Shown piece by piece: positions 50,595 to 61,215 of a stretch of 64,000 nucleotides of DNA (position 1 is its first letter; each line of letters opens with the position of its first letter). The stretch comes from Candidatus Bathyarchaeota archaeon (GTDB lineage Archaea > Thermoproteota > Bathyarchaeia > Bathyarchaeales > Bathycorpusculaceae), in assembly GCA_963806535.1 (NCBI GenBank), contig CAWDYC010000003.1:440928-504927 (forward strand), read 5' to 3'. The translations under genes and the position numbers were made by a program. The notes beneath the pieces were generated by a model that saw nothing but the letters and a program-made list of their open reading frames with translations, made no database searches and was not told the origin of the DNA.

Positions 50595-51356
50595 TTATCC
50601 TTTCCAGCCATTGTAAATAAAGAGAGGAGTTTCGACAAATCCCTGGAATGTTCCGTCTTCCTCAAGTGATTGCTTAACTTGCATTGGCGACAACTTGAAT
50701 TCATCTGCAACTCTTGTGCATTTTTTTCCTTCTCTAGTCTGCCCTTGTAAGTAACCATATTCGCATAATCTCATTGCAGAAGGTATATGACACGCATTTA
50801 TTAGAAACGCTCCAGCCAAAGCATCCCTTGTAGTTCTAAGAGTAGCCTTTTGAAAATTATCAGAAAACTCGTGTTTTACTTTGTTGTATACCCGCCACCA
50901 ATTGGGCGTACTTAATCTTCCTCCTTTTCTCACATAGTCTTTGTAGGGAACTAATATTACCCGGGCTGGAAGACACTTAAAGATAATTTCTCTTTCTGAA
51001 AATGAATATTCATTTGCAAGAAAGAAATAATCCACGATGTTAGCTTCTCCTTTTGTAACCTTCCGTAATACATCGGGATATTTTTCAGCTAGAAGGGGGT
51101 ATTTTGCAACTTCCTTGAAAGCAGAATCAATGTGAGCACCTATATTTAGCATTAAATTTGCTAAACGGAAAGAGTACGTTCCTTTATTACCTGCAAAATA
51201 AGGTACATATTCTAAAAAGTCTTCAAATTGACGTTCCAAATCTCTGTAATACTCCCAGAACCCACCATTTTCAAAAGTAGGTTTAAATTTCTCTATTTTA
51301 TCGCTTGGGCTCTTAACCAAATTACTACAACCTTCAAGCCTATTCGCTATTAGCAT
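50595..51356 (-). CDS. Hypothetical, HEPN-like helical protein
   Basis: YYRDLERQF..FLEYV, TYS..LANL, PNWWRVYNKVKH...NFQKATL...DALAG. Confidence 0.6.
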   Translation of the reverse strand: MLIANRLEGCSNLVKSPSDKIEKFKPTFENGGFWEYYRDLERQFEDFLEYVPYFAGNKGTYSFRLANLMLNIGAHIDSAFKEVAKYPLLAEKYPDVLRKVTKGEANIVDYFFLANEYSFSEREIIFKCLPARVILVPYKDYVRKGGRLSTPNWWRVYNKVKHEFSDNFQKATLRTTRDALAGAFLINACHIPSAMRLCEYGYLQGQTREGKKCTRVADEFKLSPMQVKQSLEEDGTFQGFVETPLFIYNGWKG

Positions 51357-51568
51357 TCTATTTTTGCGCCTAAATGTTTTTCTGCTTCAGTTTAGGGGGC
51401 TCTAACGATTTTAATTCTTGAAATCAGTATCCCACCTTTCAATGCTCTCTGACTGCCACATTTAAGACTGCTTAAAACTTACAATATCTTGCATTAAATT
51501 AGATGAAAAATTGGACTAACCCCGTTCCGTTTAGCAGTGGATCACTGGTGCTTTCTGAAAATCAAGTG

Positions 51569-52156
51569 CTATAGTTTTATTCCTATCTGATCAAATGTGA
51601 AGGGGTTAACATAAACATCGTTTTTGCAGTGAGGACAAAGACTTTGAAGAGCGTTACCTTTTTCGATCCCCTGTTCCAAATTTTGGCAAGATGGAAGAAT
51701 GGTATCAAACAGCTCATAACAATGGGAGCATTTTACCACTAATCCGTTATTTTCCTGCTCACATCGTGAGAGCAATTCCCTAAGTCTTCTAAGCAATTGA
51801 TACATCATTGTCCCAGTATCACTTGACGAGAAACCAAGTCTTATCTTAAATGAAATGAGACCAGTATAAGTCAAATTATTCTCAACAACTGGGATAATTG
51901 TTTTTCCTAAACCATAAGCCAATCCTATTTCTTGGTTCACCCATGGCGAGTTAACACTATTTTTTGTTAAGAAAACAACAACAATTGACGAATCCCTCAT
52001 TGCATCTACAACCATGTCAACAAGTGATTCCCCAGGTTTCTGAAAAGCCTGATAAATGTAAGTGTTAATTTTTGTGCGAGTAAGCAAATCTTCGACTTGT
52101 GAAATTAAAAATGGGTAGTCTTCTTCGGAATGACATAGGAATACGTCAAATTTCAT
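51569..52156 (-). CDS. TIR-domain protein with C-terminal Zn ribbon
   Basis: FDVFLCHSEED; VFLTKNSVNSPWVNQEIGLA (catalytic Glu); IIPV; then CSHC...CPHC. Confidence 0.88.
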   Translation of the reverse strand: MKFDVFLCHSEEDYPFLISQVEDLLTRTKINTYIYQAFQKPGESLVDMVVDAMRDSSIVVVFLTKNSVNSPWVNQEIGLAYGLGKTIIPVVENNLTYTGLISFKIRLGFSSSDTGTMMYQLLRRLRELLSRCEQENNGLVVKCSHCYELFDTILPSCQNLEQGIEKGNALQSLCPHCKNDVYVNPFTFDQIGIKL

Positions 52157-52305
52157 TATGTTCCCCCCCGATAGTTAGGTTAATCACCGCTTAAATTTCA
52201 TTCGGAAAAAAGCACCCTATAATAGTAGCCCACTAAAGTAAAATAAAGAAAAAGGGAAAGTAGCTGCGGAGAACCTTGAGCGCTGACATCGCCTCTTTCT
52301 CTGGT

Positions 52306-52330
52306 GTTCGAATCCCTTCCCCGGCGCCAT
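52306..52330 (+). repeat. attR core, 25-bp direct repeat
   Basis: GTTCGAATCCCTTCCCCGGCGCCAT, identical to 31437-31461. Confidence 0.95.
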
Positions 52331-53084
52331 TTTAGCTCATAGAATCGGTTCCCAAAAGATCATGCTTCTTGCAAGAACGACTAATTCACAAAATGGAGTA
52401 GTCAACATACACCCACACTCACACCCACACAACTCAACATAGCAGCCATGTACACTGTGTTACACAATCCCTCTTCCCACACTCAAACAACAACCCCAAA
52501 ACAGCCCAAATCCAAAAAGCAACCAAATCCAAAGCCCCCAGAGTAGTGTGCAATTCGTAGCGCCCCACACCCACACAAAGAGAACACAAACAATCAAGCA
52601 CACTAACAAGGCAAGTAGAAGGAGAAAGCGTTCATTATCCGAGAAGTGCCTGCAAAATTAGAAGCGACTAACCCTTGGATACATACCGCAAGAATCCAAC
52701 TCCCAACATACTTCCCCATCCTCATCCCATCCCAACCAACATGGAGCCATGTTGACCATGGGACAGAATTCCACTCCACCCATCCCAACCGCAACTGAAA
52801 AGCAGCCTAAACCAAAAAAGCAAACTGCTCCACAACCAAAACATGGGATGGGGAAAAACCAGCGCAACCCATCCCCACAAAGAACAAAAAACTGCACATT
52901 ACTGGATTAAAAAGACATTAAGTAAAGGATAACCCCGTCGAACCAAAGGTAATTCAGAACATTGCAAGACATTTATTATCAAAGAAATGGTAATGACCTG
53001 TACGCTCCAAGTGGCAAAACAGCCTGTGCATCTAAGTCATGAATTTGGGTTAATTTTATATCTAAATTAAAGAATAGTTTAGTT

Positions 53085-53291
53085 ATGAGTGGATTAAACC
53101 AGATGGAAAAGATTGCTGAAGGCATCAGTGACTTTGGTGATTTTAAAGCTGTTTTGTTCAGGACAACTGATGGCCGTCATTTTGTGCGGTTCGAGCCATT
53201 CAATAGTGTCGAGAAACCTTATGTTGAGTGGCTTGGCGGAGATGACTATTTAGAATGGCTCAGATGTTGGGGGAAATGTTCCGCAACATAG
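53085..53291 (+). CDS. Small hypothetical protein
   Basis: 68-aa ORF preceded by TATA-like TTTTATAT. Confidence 0.5.
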   Translation: MSGLNQMEKIAEGISDFGDFKAVLFRTTDGRHFVRFEPFNSVEKPYVEWLGGDDYLEWLRCWGKCSAT

Positions 53292-53346
53292 CAAATCATT
53301 TTCTTCTCCTTAACTAAAAAAATAAAAACCTAAAAAGCAGCTTATC

Positions 53347-53619
53347 TTATTCGAGCATGTATGTAATGTCATCCCACGGGTGTCTGTAGAGACCTTGTTT
53401 GAGGCGTTTCTGGTCTAAGAAATGCGCGGTCATCCCAATGGTTCTGCCGACAACGAACAAACCGTTTAGGGCGCCCATTTTGATGTATTCGTCAGACTCC
53501 TCTTTTGGCATTTCATTTCTCAACATGTCAACAAAGCAAATTCCGATGCAGCCATCAACGTTTAGGATGAGGTTATCTTTCTTGGATGTTGTGACTTTCT
53601 CTACCTCGAGGGCATAATC
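53347..53619 (-). CDS. ATP-citrate lyase, C-terminal citryl-CoA lyase portion (truncated at the junction)
   Basis: [23 protein letters not shown]...LNGLFVVGR...[19 protein letters not shown]. Confidence 0.9.
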   Translation of the reverse strand, partial: DYALEVEKVTTSKKDNLILNVDGCIGICFVDMLRNEMPKEESDEYIKMGALNGLFVVGRTIGMTAHFLDQKRLKQGLYRHPWDDITYMLE

Positions 53620-53625
53620 TTCGCC
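53615..53625. other. Abrupt low-GC/high-GC junction, probable assembly chimera
   Basis: Composition changes within a few bases; both flanking genes lack their 5' ends; no repeat, tRNA or mobility gene nearby. Confidence 0.88.
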
Positions 53626-54534
53626 CTTTCCCTCGTCGTTCCCCTTGCCGCCGGACTGGCCCTGGCCGGGTGCGGCGGCGCTGATCCGCTGGCCACAGAC
53701 CCGCCGGAGGAGAGCGGCGCCTCCACGGAGCCCGCCGCCGCCATCGTGGTGGGCTCTCAGGACTACTACTCCAATGAGATCGTCGCGGAGATCTACGCGC
53801 AGGCGCTCGAGGCGGGCGGCTTCGAGGTGGACCGCCAGCTCCGGATCGGCCAGCGGGAGGCCTACCTGCCGGAGATCGAGGCCGGCACCATCGACCTGTT
53901 CCCCGAATACACGGGGCCGCTCCTGCAGTACTGGGCGCCGGACTCCGAGGCCCGCCTGTCCGAGGATGTCTTCGCCGAACTGCAGGAGGTTGTCCCCGAC
54001 GGGCTCCGCGTTCTGGCACAGTCCGATGCCACGGATCAGGACTCCTATGTGGTCACCCGCGCCTTCGCCGAGGAATGGGATCTTGCCACCATCGCTGATC
54101 TCGCGAACGTGACCACACCTCTGACACTTGGTGCCAATTCGGAGGCGGAGACCCGCCCCAACGGCCCGCTGGGCCTGGCCGAGAAGTACGGCCTCGAGGT
54201 GGGATTCACGCCCATCGAGGACGGCGGCGGCCCGCTCACCGTCAAGGCCCTCCAGGACGGCGACATCCAGCTGGCCATCGTCTACACAGCGGACCCGTCC
54301 ATCGCCCAGAACGACCTGGTCTCGCTGGAGGACAATGAAGGGCTCTTCCTGGCCTCGCACCTCGTGCCGTTGGCCAGCGACGACGTCACCACCGAGGCGG
54401 CCGCCATCATCGACGGCGTGAGTGCCGCTATGAGCCCCGACGAGCTCATCGCCCTCAACAACCGCAGCGTGACCGAGCAGCTTCCCGCCGCCGATATCGC
54501 CGCCGACTGGCTGACCGAGGAGGGTCTCGCCTGA
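53620..54534 (+). CDS. Osmoprotectant (glycine betaine-type) ABC substrate-binding lipoprotein, 5'-truncated
   Basis: [18 protein letters not shown] lipobox with no start codon; [25 protein letters not shown]. Confidence 0.88.
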   Translation, partial: FALSLVVPLAAGLALAGCGGADPLATDPPEESGASTEPAAAIVVGSQDYYSNEIVAEIYAQALEAGGFEVDRQLRIGQREAYLPEIEAGTIDLFPEYTGPLLQYWAPDSEARLSEDVFAELQEVVPDGLRVLAQSDATDQDSYVVTRAFAEEWDLATIADLANVTTPLTLGANSEAETRPNGPLGLAEKYGLEVGFTPIEDGGGPLTVKALQDGDIQLAIVYTADPSIAQNDLVSLEDNEGLFLASHLVPLASDDVTTEAAAIIDGVSAAMSPDELIALNNRSVTEQLPAADIAADWLTEEGLA

Positions 54535-54646
54535 CGCAACGCCCGCCGCGGCCCACGTTCGATCCGGGCGTTGCCTTCCTGTTACAGGTCCGTTAATCGG
54601 CCCACATGCCTTGTTGGGACCGTCCGGAGCCTCGTATGGTGCTGGT

Positions 54647-55438
54647 ATGGCCTCACCGGATGCATCCGCGCTTCACACGTCGAACGTGGACGTGGGGCGC
54701 GGCGGCCCTCTCGTGGTGGTCGATCACGTCGACAAGCACTTCGGTGCGCTGCACGTCCTCCGCGACATCAATACGGTGGTCCATCGCGGTGAGGTCGTCG
54801 TGGTCATCGGCCCCTCGGGCTCCGGGAAGTCGACGCTCTGCCGGGCCATCAACCGGCTCGAGACGATCGACTCCGGCACCATCTCCATCGACGGGAGCCC
54901 CCTGCCGGAAGAGGGCAAGGACCTGGCGAGGCTGCGTGCCGACGTCGGTATGGTCTTCCAGTCGTTCAACCTCTTCGCGCACAAGACGGTCCTCGAGAAC
55001 GTGACACTCGGACCCATCCGGGTGCGCGGCATGAACAAGAAGGACGCCGACGAGAAGGCGATGCGGCTCCTCGAACGGGTCGGGGTCGCCGATCAGGCCA
55101 AGAAGATGCCGAGCCAGCTCTCCGGCGGCCAGCAACAGCGGGTGGCGATCGCGCGCTCGCTGGCCATGGACCCGAAGCTGATCCTTCTGGACGAGCCGAC
55201 CAGCGCGCTCGACCCGGAGATGATCAACGAGGTGCTCGACGTCATGGTCGGCCTCGCGGCTGAGGGGATGACGATGGTCGTCGTCACCCACGAGATGGGT
55301 TTCGCGCGCAAGGCTGCGGACCGGGTCCTGTTCATGGCCGACGGCGCAATCGTCGAAGAGGCAACACCGGAGGAGTTCTTCACGAACCCCCGGAGCGAAA
55401 GGGCGAAGGACTTCCTGTCGAAGATCCTCCATCACTGA
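54647..55438 (+). CDS. gluA: Glutamate/polar amino acid ABC ATP-binding protein
   Basis: [41 protein letters not shown]. Confidence 0.9.
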   Translation: MASPDASALHTSNVDVGRGGPLVVVDHVDKHFGALHVLRDINTVVHRGEVVVVIGPSGSGKSTLCRAINRLETIDSGTISIDGSPLPEEGKDLARLRADVGMVFQSFNLFAHKTVLENVTLGPIRVRGMNKKDADEKAMRLLERVGVADQAKKMPSQLSGGQQQRVAIARSLAMDPKLILLDEPTSALDPEMINEVLDVMVGLAAEGMTMVVVTHEMGFARKAADRVLFMADGAIVEEATPEEFFTNPRSERAKDFLSKILHH

Positions 55439-55508
55439 CCAGCCCGCCCCAGGGCGGAGATCGAGCGGCCGCCACCTAGGCGGACCGCAGACCAGGAAAG
55501 GAAGAGGC

Positions 55509-56398
55509 ATGAAAAGAACGAGGAACTCCCTGATCGCGTTCGCGGCCGCAGGCGCGTTCGCGCTTGCGGGCTGCGCCGGCGGCAGCTCCAGCGAGACCAC
55601 CGCCCCAGCTGCCGGGACGAGCTCGTCATCGGCAGCGGAGGAGGTGACCTTCGAGGAGGGCACCACGATGGCCGAACTCGAACGAGGCAGGCAAGATCAC
55701 GATCGGCACGAAGTTCGACCAGCCGCTGTTCGGTCTGATGGGCCCCTCCGGTGTCCCCGAGGGCTTCGACGTCGAGATCGCGAAGATCATCGCGTCACAC
55801 CTGGGCATCTCCGAGGAGAACATCGAGTGGGTCGAGACCGTCTCGGCCAACCGCGAGCCGTTCATCGAGAACGGGCAGGTGGACTTCGTCGTGGCGACCT
55901 ACACGATCAATGACACACGCAAGGAGGTCGTGTCGTTCGCCGGCCCGTACTTCATGGCTGGACAGTCGATCCTGGTGCTCGCCGACAACGAGGACATCAC
56001 CAGTGAGGACGATCTCGTCGGCCAGCCGGTCTGCTCGGTGACAGGCTCCACCCCGGCCGCCAAGCTCGCGGAGATCGGCGCGGAGCCCGTCCTCACCGAC
56101 ACGTACTCGAACTGCCTCGAACCGCTGCGCAACGGCACAGTGGTGGCGGTGTCCACCGACAACGTGATCCTCGCCGGCCTCGCCGCCCAGAACGAAGGCG
56201 AGTTCAAGGTGGTCGGGCGAGCCGTTCACCTCCGAGCCCTACGGCATCGGTCTTGCGCTGGAGGACACCGACTTCCGGATGTGGATCAACGACGTCCTCG
56301 AGGAGAGCTACGCCGACGGAACCTACGAGGCGGCCTGGAACGACACAGCCGGCACGGTCCTCCCGTTCGTCGATCCGCCCACCCCTGACCGCTACTGA
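55509..56398 (+). CDS. gluB: Glutamate ABC substrate-binding lipoprotein (two frameshifts)
   Basis: LAGC lipobox, FEEGTTMA, GTKFDQPLFG, VATYTIND.RK..VSFAGPY, TDNVILAG. Confidence 0.85.
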
Positions 56399-56467
56399 TG
56401 ACGGCGCGGTGGGCCTGACCCGGCCCGGCCGGGAAGGGCCCACCGCACCACAACGAAGGGGGAGCCC

Positions 56468-57116
56468 ATGACGCAGCTCTGGTCACTCATGCCTGAGTTC
56501 TGGGAGGGACTCCGCGTCACACTACTGCTGCTCGTGGTCTCGGGCGGGCTCGCGCTCGTGCTCGGCACCCTCATCACTGCGATGAGGATCTCGCCGGTCC
56601 CTGTCCTGCGCTGGTTCGCGGCGGCCTGGACCGAGGTAGCCCGCAACACTCCCCTGACCCTGGTGTTTCTTTTCACGGCGTTCGTCCTGCCGATGCTGGG
56701 GGTCCGCACGCCGTACCTGCTGCTCGCCTTCGTCGCCCTCACCTACTACACCTCGCCGTTCGTCGCGGAGGCTCTACGCTCGGGCATCAACGGCGTGCCG
56801 GTCGGTCAGGCGGAAGCGGCGCGCAGCATCGGCCTCGGCTTCGGCCAGACGGTGTCGCTGGTTGTGCTGCCGCAGGCGTTCCGCATGACGATCCCTCCCC
56901 TGATCAACGTGTACATCGCGCTGACGAAGAACACCTCGGTCGCCGGCGGCTTCTTCGTGGTCGAGTTGTTCGCCAGCGACGCGGCAACTCGTCAACGACA
57001 ACGGCAACATCGTCATCCCGATCCTCGTGCTGGCGGCGGCGCTCTACCTCGTGATCACGGTTCCGCTCGGCTTCGCGGCCGTACAACTCGAGAAGCGATG
57101 GGTGGTGTCGCGATGA
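56468..57116 (+). CDS. gluC: Glutamate ABC permease (frameshift ~56975)
   Basis: RNTPLT, EALRSGINGVPVGQAEAARSIG, LTKNTSV; restored frame stops at an ATGA overlap with gluD. Confidence 0.85.
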
Positions 57117-58048
57117 GTGCCACCAGCGTCCTGTTCGACGCCCCCGGACCCCGCGCCCGCCGCGCCTCGCTCATCGGGTCGATCGTGTCGCTGGTGGTCA
57201 TCGTCGCCGGCGCGGCCTGGATCATCGGCATCCTGGCGGCCCCGCGCCAGTCGGGCGGCATCACGCTGCCAGGGATGTTCGACGCCTCGCGATGGGACAT
57301 CTTCGTCGATCCGCAGGTGTGGGACTTCATCGGCAACGGCGTCGTCGGCACTCTCCGGGCCGCGGGCGTCGCGGCGGTCGGCGCCGTCGCCCTCGGCGTG
57401 GTGTTCTCGCTGATGCGCAGTTCCCTCCTGCCGTGGGTGCGCATCCCGACCGCGGTGATGCTGGAGTTCTTCCGCGGCATGCCGGTGCTGCTGATGATGC
57501 TGTTCATCCTCCTGGTGGCCTCGACGGGCGCCTTCTGGGCCGTCGTCATCGCCCTCATCATCTACAACGGCACCCTGATCGGCGAGGCGCTGCGCGCCGG
57601 GCTCGCCGCCCTGCCCCGCGGACAGCGTGAGGCGGCCTTGAGCCTCGGCATGCGCGAGTTCCAGTCGAAGATCCTCGTGGAGTTCCCGCAGGCGTTCCGG
57701 CAGATGCTGCCGATCATCGTCGCCCAGCTGGTGGTGCTCCTCAAGGACACGTCGCTCGGCTACATCGTCGGTTACAACGAGATCATTCGCAGCAACATGA
57801 ACAACCTCGCGAGCTTCTTCGGGAACCGCTACCTGTTCTCGCTCTTCATCGTCACCCTGGTGATCTACCTCACGATCAACCTGCTGCTCTCCTGGTTCGC
57901 CCGGTGGTTGTCGTGGCGGACGGGCAGCGGGGGTCACCTCCCCAAGGCTGGCGGGGCCGACACAGGAACCGCCGATCCGACGTCGACGATCCGGCTCGCG
58001 CAGGCGAGCGCGATCGCCCGGCAGTCCGAGAGCTGGGAACGCCGCTGA
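57113..58048 (+). CDS. gluD: Glutamate ABC permease
   Basis: SVLFDAPGPRARR, EFFRGMPVL, GQREAA, LLKDTSLG. Confidence 0.88.
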   Translation: MSATSVLFDAPGPRARRASLIGSIVSLVVIVAGAAWIIGILAAPRQSGGITLPGMFDASRWDIFVDPQVWDFIGNGVVGTLRAAGVAAVGAVALGVVFSLMRSSLLPWVRIPTAVMLEFFRGMPVLLMMLFILLVASTGAFWAVVIALIIYNGTLIGEALRAGLAALPRGQREAALSLGMREFQSKILVEFPQAFRQMLPIIVAQLVVLLKDTSLGYIVGYNEIIRSNMNNLASFFGNRYLFSLFIVTLVIYLTINLLLSWFARWLSWRTGSGGHLPKAGGADTGTADPTSTIRLAQASAIARQSESWERR

Positions 58049-58070
58049 TCCCCGTGAGAATGGGTTCTGA

Positions 58071-58745
58071 TCAGCGGAGCCGGCAGAAGGCGTCGACGTG
58101 GTTGACCCGCCCGGAGACGATCAGCTCGTCACCGGCCTCGATCACCATCTCCGGCACCGCGTAGATGAAGTCCTGACCCGGACGCTTAGCGCCCACCACC
58201 GTGACCTTGTTGTTGGTGCGGACCAGCGTCTCGCGCAACGTCTTGTCCCAGGTCATTTTCGGTGCCCTCGTGCGGGCGATGGCGAAGCCGTCCTCGAACT
58301 CGAAGTAGTCGATCATGTACCCCGACACGGCGTGGGCGACGCGCCGTCCGGTGGATGCCTCGGAGTACACGACGTGGTGGGCGCCGATCCGCTCCAGGAT
58401 CGCCCCGTGCTCGCGGGTGGCGGCGCGGGCCCAGATCTCCTGGACCCCCATCTCGGAGAGCGCCAGGACCGTCATGATGGACAGTTCCACCTTGCTCAGC
58501 CCCACCACCGCCTTGCGGATCTGATCGATGCCGATCTGCTGCAGCGCCTCGCGATCGGAGGGGTCCATCTCGATGACGTGGGCGAAATCGTCGGCGTGAC
58601 GGACCGCCTGGGTGTGATCGTCGGTGACCGCGATCAGGGGCACCCCCATTTCAGCCAGTGCCTTCGCGGTGGCGGTGCCGAACAGGCCCAGTCCGACGAC
58701 GAGCACAGTGTCGTCCGTGATCCGACGATCACCCGATCTACCCAA
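58071..58745 (-). CDS. TrkA/KtrA-family K+ uptake regulatory subunit
   Basis: VVGLGLFG Rossmann motif, ILERIGAHHVV, C-terminal RCK_C domain. Confidence 0.88.
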   Translation of the reverse strand: MGRSGDRRITDDTVLVVGLGLFGTATAKALAEMGVPLIAVTDDHTQAVRHADDFAHVIEMDPSDREALQQIGIDQIRKAVVGLSKVELSIMTVLALSEMGVQEIWARAATREHGAILERIGAHHVVYSEASTGRRVAHAVSGYMIDYFEFEDGFAIARTRAPKMTWDKTLRETLVRTNNKVTVVGAKRPGQDFIYAVPEMVIEAGDELIVSGRVNHVDAFCRLR

Positions 58746-60083
58746 CAATTGGCTGCTCCTCTGGGAGGACGTAATGGCGGTGGCGGGTCCGCAGGGCCAG
58801 TGCGGCCGCAACCGACACCGTCCCGACCCGCCCCAGGTACATCAACAGCATAAGGACCATCAGGGACTCCGGACGCAGGTGCGGGGTGATGCCGGTGGAC
58901 ACGCCGACTGTGCCGAAGGCCGAGATCGTCTCGAAGAGGACCTGCTGCAGGGTGAACTCGTCATCGACGACGATGAAGAGGGTGGCCAGGGCAACCACGC
59001 CGGCGCCGAGCATGACGACGGCGAGGGCCGCGCGCTGCACGGTCGCGGGGATGGCGCGATGACCGACCACCACCTGGTTCTCGCCGCGAAGCTCCGCGAC
59101 GACGGTGGCAAGGATGATGCCGATGGTGCCGATCTTGATGCCACCCGCCGTGCCGGCCGATCCCCCGCCGACGAACATCAGCAGGTAGTAGAGACCAAGC
59201 GTCGTCTCGCTCGCCTGGCCGTAGTCGATGGAGTTGAACCCGGCCGTCCGCGGGAACACCGCACCGGCCAGCACGGCGAGCGCCCGGTCGTCCCACGGCA
59301 TGGAGCCGATGGTGCGGGGGTTGTTCCACTCGGCGATCCCGAAGACCAGCGCACCCAGCAGCAGGAGCGAGACCGTGCCCGCCACGGTGAGCCTCGTGTG
59401 GGTGCTCCACCCGAGGGCCCGATTCCCACGGCGGAAAACCCGGCGCCCCACCTCGAGAAGCACGGGGAACCCGAGGCCGCCCACCACGACGGCGACACAG
59501 ATCGGCACGATGATGGCGGGATCCCCCACGAAGCTCATCAGGTTGTCGCTGTAGAGGGCGAAGCCGGCGTTGTTGAACGCCGAGATGGCGTGGAAGACGC
59601 CCTGCCAGGCAGCCGAGGCCCAGCTCTCGGTGTAGGGACGGAAGCGAGACGGTGAGCACCGCGGCGGTGACGGCCTCTGCCGTCAGCATCACGGCGGCGA
59701 TCATCTTCGGGATGCGCAGAACCCCACCGAACCCCGTGCGGAGTTCCTGACCGGCCAGCAGTGACCCCTGCAGGGAGATCCGCCCAGTGGCGAGCAGCGT
59801 GAGCAGGCTCGCCAGCGTAACGATGCCGAAGCCACCCACCTGGATGAGTGCCATGATGATGAACTGCCCGAACGGGCTCCAGAAGGTGGCGGTGTCCACG
59901 GTGGTCAGCCCGGTGATGCAGATCGCCGACACGGCGGTGAACGAGGCGTGCGAGGAGAGGCGCCGACTCCCCGGTGGTGGTGGCGGCCGGAAGCATGAGC
60001 AGTCCGGTGCCGAGAACGATGGCCAAGAGGTACACGGACGGCACCACACGGGCCGGATGGCCCAGCCACCGAGTGAGCCGCAT
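58738..60083 (-). CDS. TrkH/KtrB-family K+ transporter (frameshifts)
   Basis: SAICITGL, QVGGFG, PRTAGFN, GTAGGIK, FETISAFGTVGVS, MYLGRVG. Confidence 0.88.
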
Positions 60084-60193
60084 GGGCCGATCCTAGATCA
60101 GTCTGGGGCCGGAATGCCGACATCCTGGGCTCGATGGCCTAAGATCGTAGAACGACCACACAGTGTGGTCCAGAAATAAGAAGGAATGACGTT

Positions 60194-60397
60194 ATGGCCA
60201 CTGGCACCGTCAAATGGTTCAACTCCGACAAGGGCTACGGCTTCATCGCTCCCGATGACGGCACGGCCGATGTGTTCGCGCACTTCAGCGCGATCGCTGG
60301 TGCGGGACACCGCAACCTCGAGGAGAACCAGAAGGTTGAGTACGAGACCGAGCGCGGCCCGAAGGGCCTCCAAGCTGCGAACATCCGCCCCCTCTGA
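60194..60397 (+). CDS. cspA: Cold-shock protein
   Basis: [34 protein letters not shown]. Confidence 0.95.
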   Translation: MATGTVKWFNSDKGYGFIAPDDGTADVFAHFSAIAGAGHRNLEENQKVEYETERGPKGLQAANIRPL

Positions 60398-60433
60398 GTG
60401 AGGTGCCGGTAGGCATCTCCTAGGGCTTGAGAA

Positions 60434-60471
60434 CCGCGACCCCCCGTCTGGATACAGACGGGGGGTCGCGG
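60434..60471 (+). terminator. Hairpin downstream of cspA, probable intrinsic terminator
   Basis: Perfect 17-bp stem CCGCGACCCCCCGTCTG-GATA-CAGACGGGGGGTCGCGG. Confidence 0.8.
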
Positions 60472-60613
60472 CGTTTCCGGGCCAGGTGGGCGGAGGGCAA
60501 CGCGGTCAGTCCGATCAGTTGCACTGTCTCCTCCTCCCGGTTCACCCGCAGCGGGTGACCTCCGGCCGGATGTACCTCCCGATACTGGTGTCACGCACAA
60601 CAGAGGGAGCCCC

Positions 60614-61154
60614 ATGACGTCGACCACGACAGCTTCGGCGAAGAGGACGGCCTGGGACGTCATCCTCGGCATCGTCCTCGTCCTGGCAGGCTTCTTCCTG
60701 CTGGGCAACGCGGTGTTCGCCACAGCGATCTCCGTGTTCGTCATCGGGTGGACCACCCTGATCTCCGGTGTCGTCCTTCTCGTGGCATCGGTCTTCCGGA
60801 TCAAGTCCGGCGGCTTCTGGTCGGCCGTCCTGGGTGGCGCGATCCTGGCCGTGATCGGGCTGTTCGTCCTGCGCAACCCCGTGGTCGGGGCCGTCGCCCT
60901 CACCCTCGGGGCGGGCGTGACATTCTTCGTCAGTGGACTGACCCGCATGGCGTGGGCGTTCGGCGCCGAGAAGGGCCGCCTGCTGCTCATCATCAGCGGA
61001 CTGGTGTCCCTGGGGCTCGGGTTCTTCGTCCTGTTCAACCTCGGCGCCGCCGACCCTCACGCTGCTCGGCACGCTGCTGGGCATCCAGACGCTCCTGGAG
61101 GGGCTCAGCCTCATGATGATCGGCAGGGTCCGCCCCGAGAAACTGAAGGGCTGA
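60614..61154 (+). CDS. HdeD/DUF308-family membrane protein (frameshift ~61050)
   Basis: Repeated Gly-rich TM hairpins; the restored frame ends ...PEKLKG-stop. Confidence 0.75.
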
Positions 61155-61215
61155 ATGTCTGCGCTGCACGGCGCCGACTGACTCAGCAACGTTTCCCACT
61201 CTCAAGGAGCTCTTC

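Larger units (their letters stand above)
31437..52330. mobile_element. About 20.9 kb integrative element / defence island in tRNA-Ser(CGA)
   Basis: Exact 25-bp att repeats; integrase next to attL; replication/RHH module; type I R-M and defence-like cargo. Confidence 0.92.

Noticed and set aside
52400-52600. Possible CRISPR array or tandem repeat (ACACCCACAC-like units)
   Set aside because: There is no constant repeat with regular spacers, and no cas genes anywhere in the window; this is compositional low complexity.
53347-54360. 337-aa ORF that looks like a novel ACL fusion
   Set aside because: It crosses the GC junction; its N-terminal part is just the antisense of the actinobacterial lipoprotein gene.
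56468-58048. Apparent GluC-GluD fusion (526 aa)
   Set aside because: A frameshift near 56975 gives a non-membrane junk linker; the restored gluC stops at an ATGA overlap with gluD (57113-57116).
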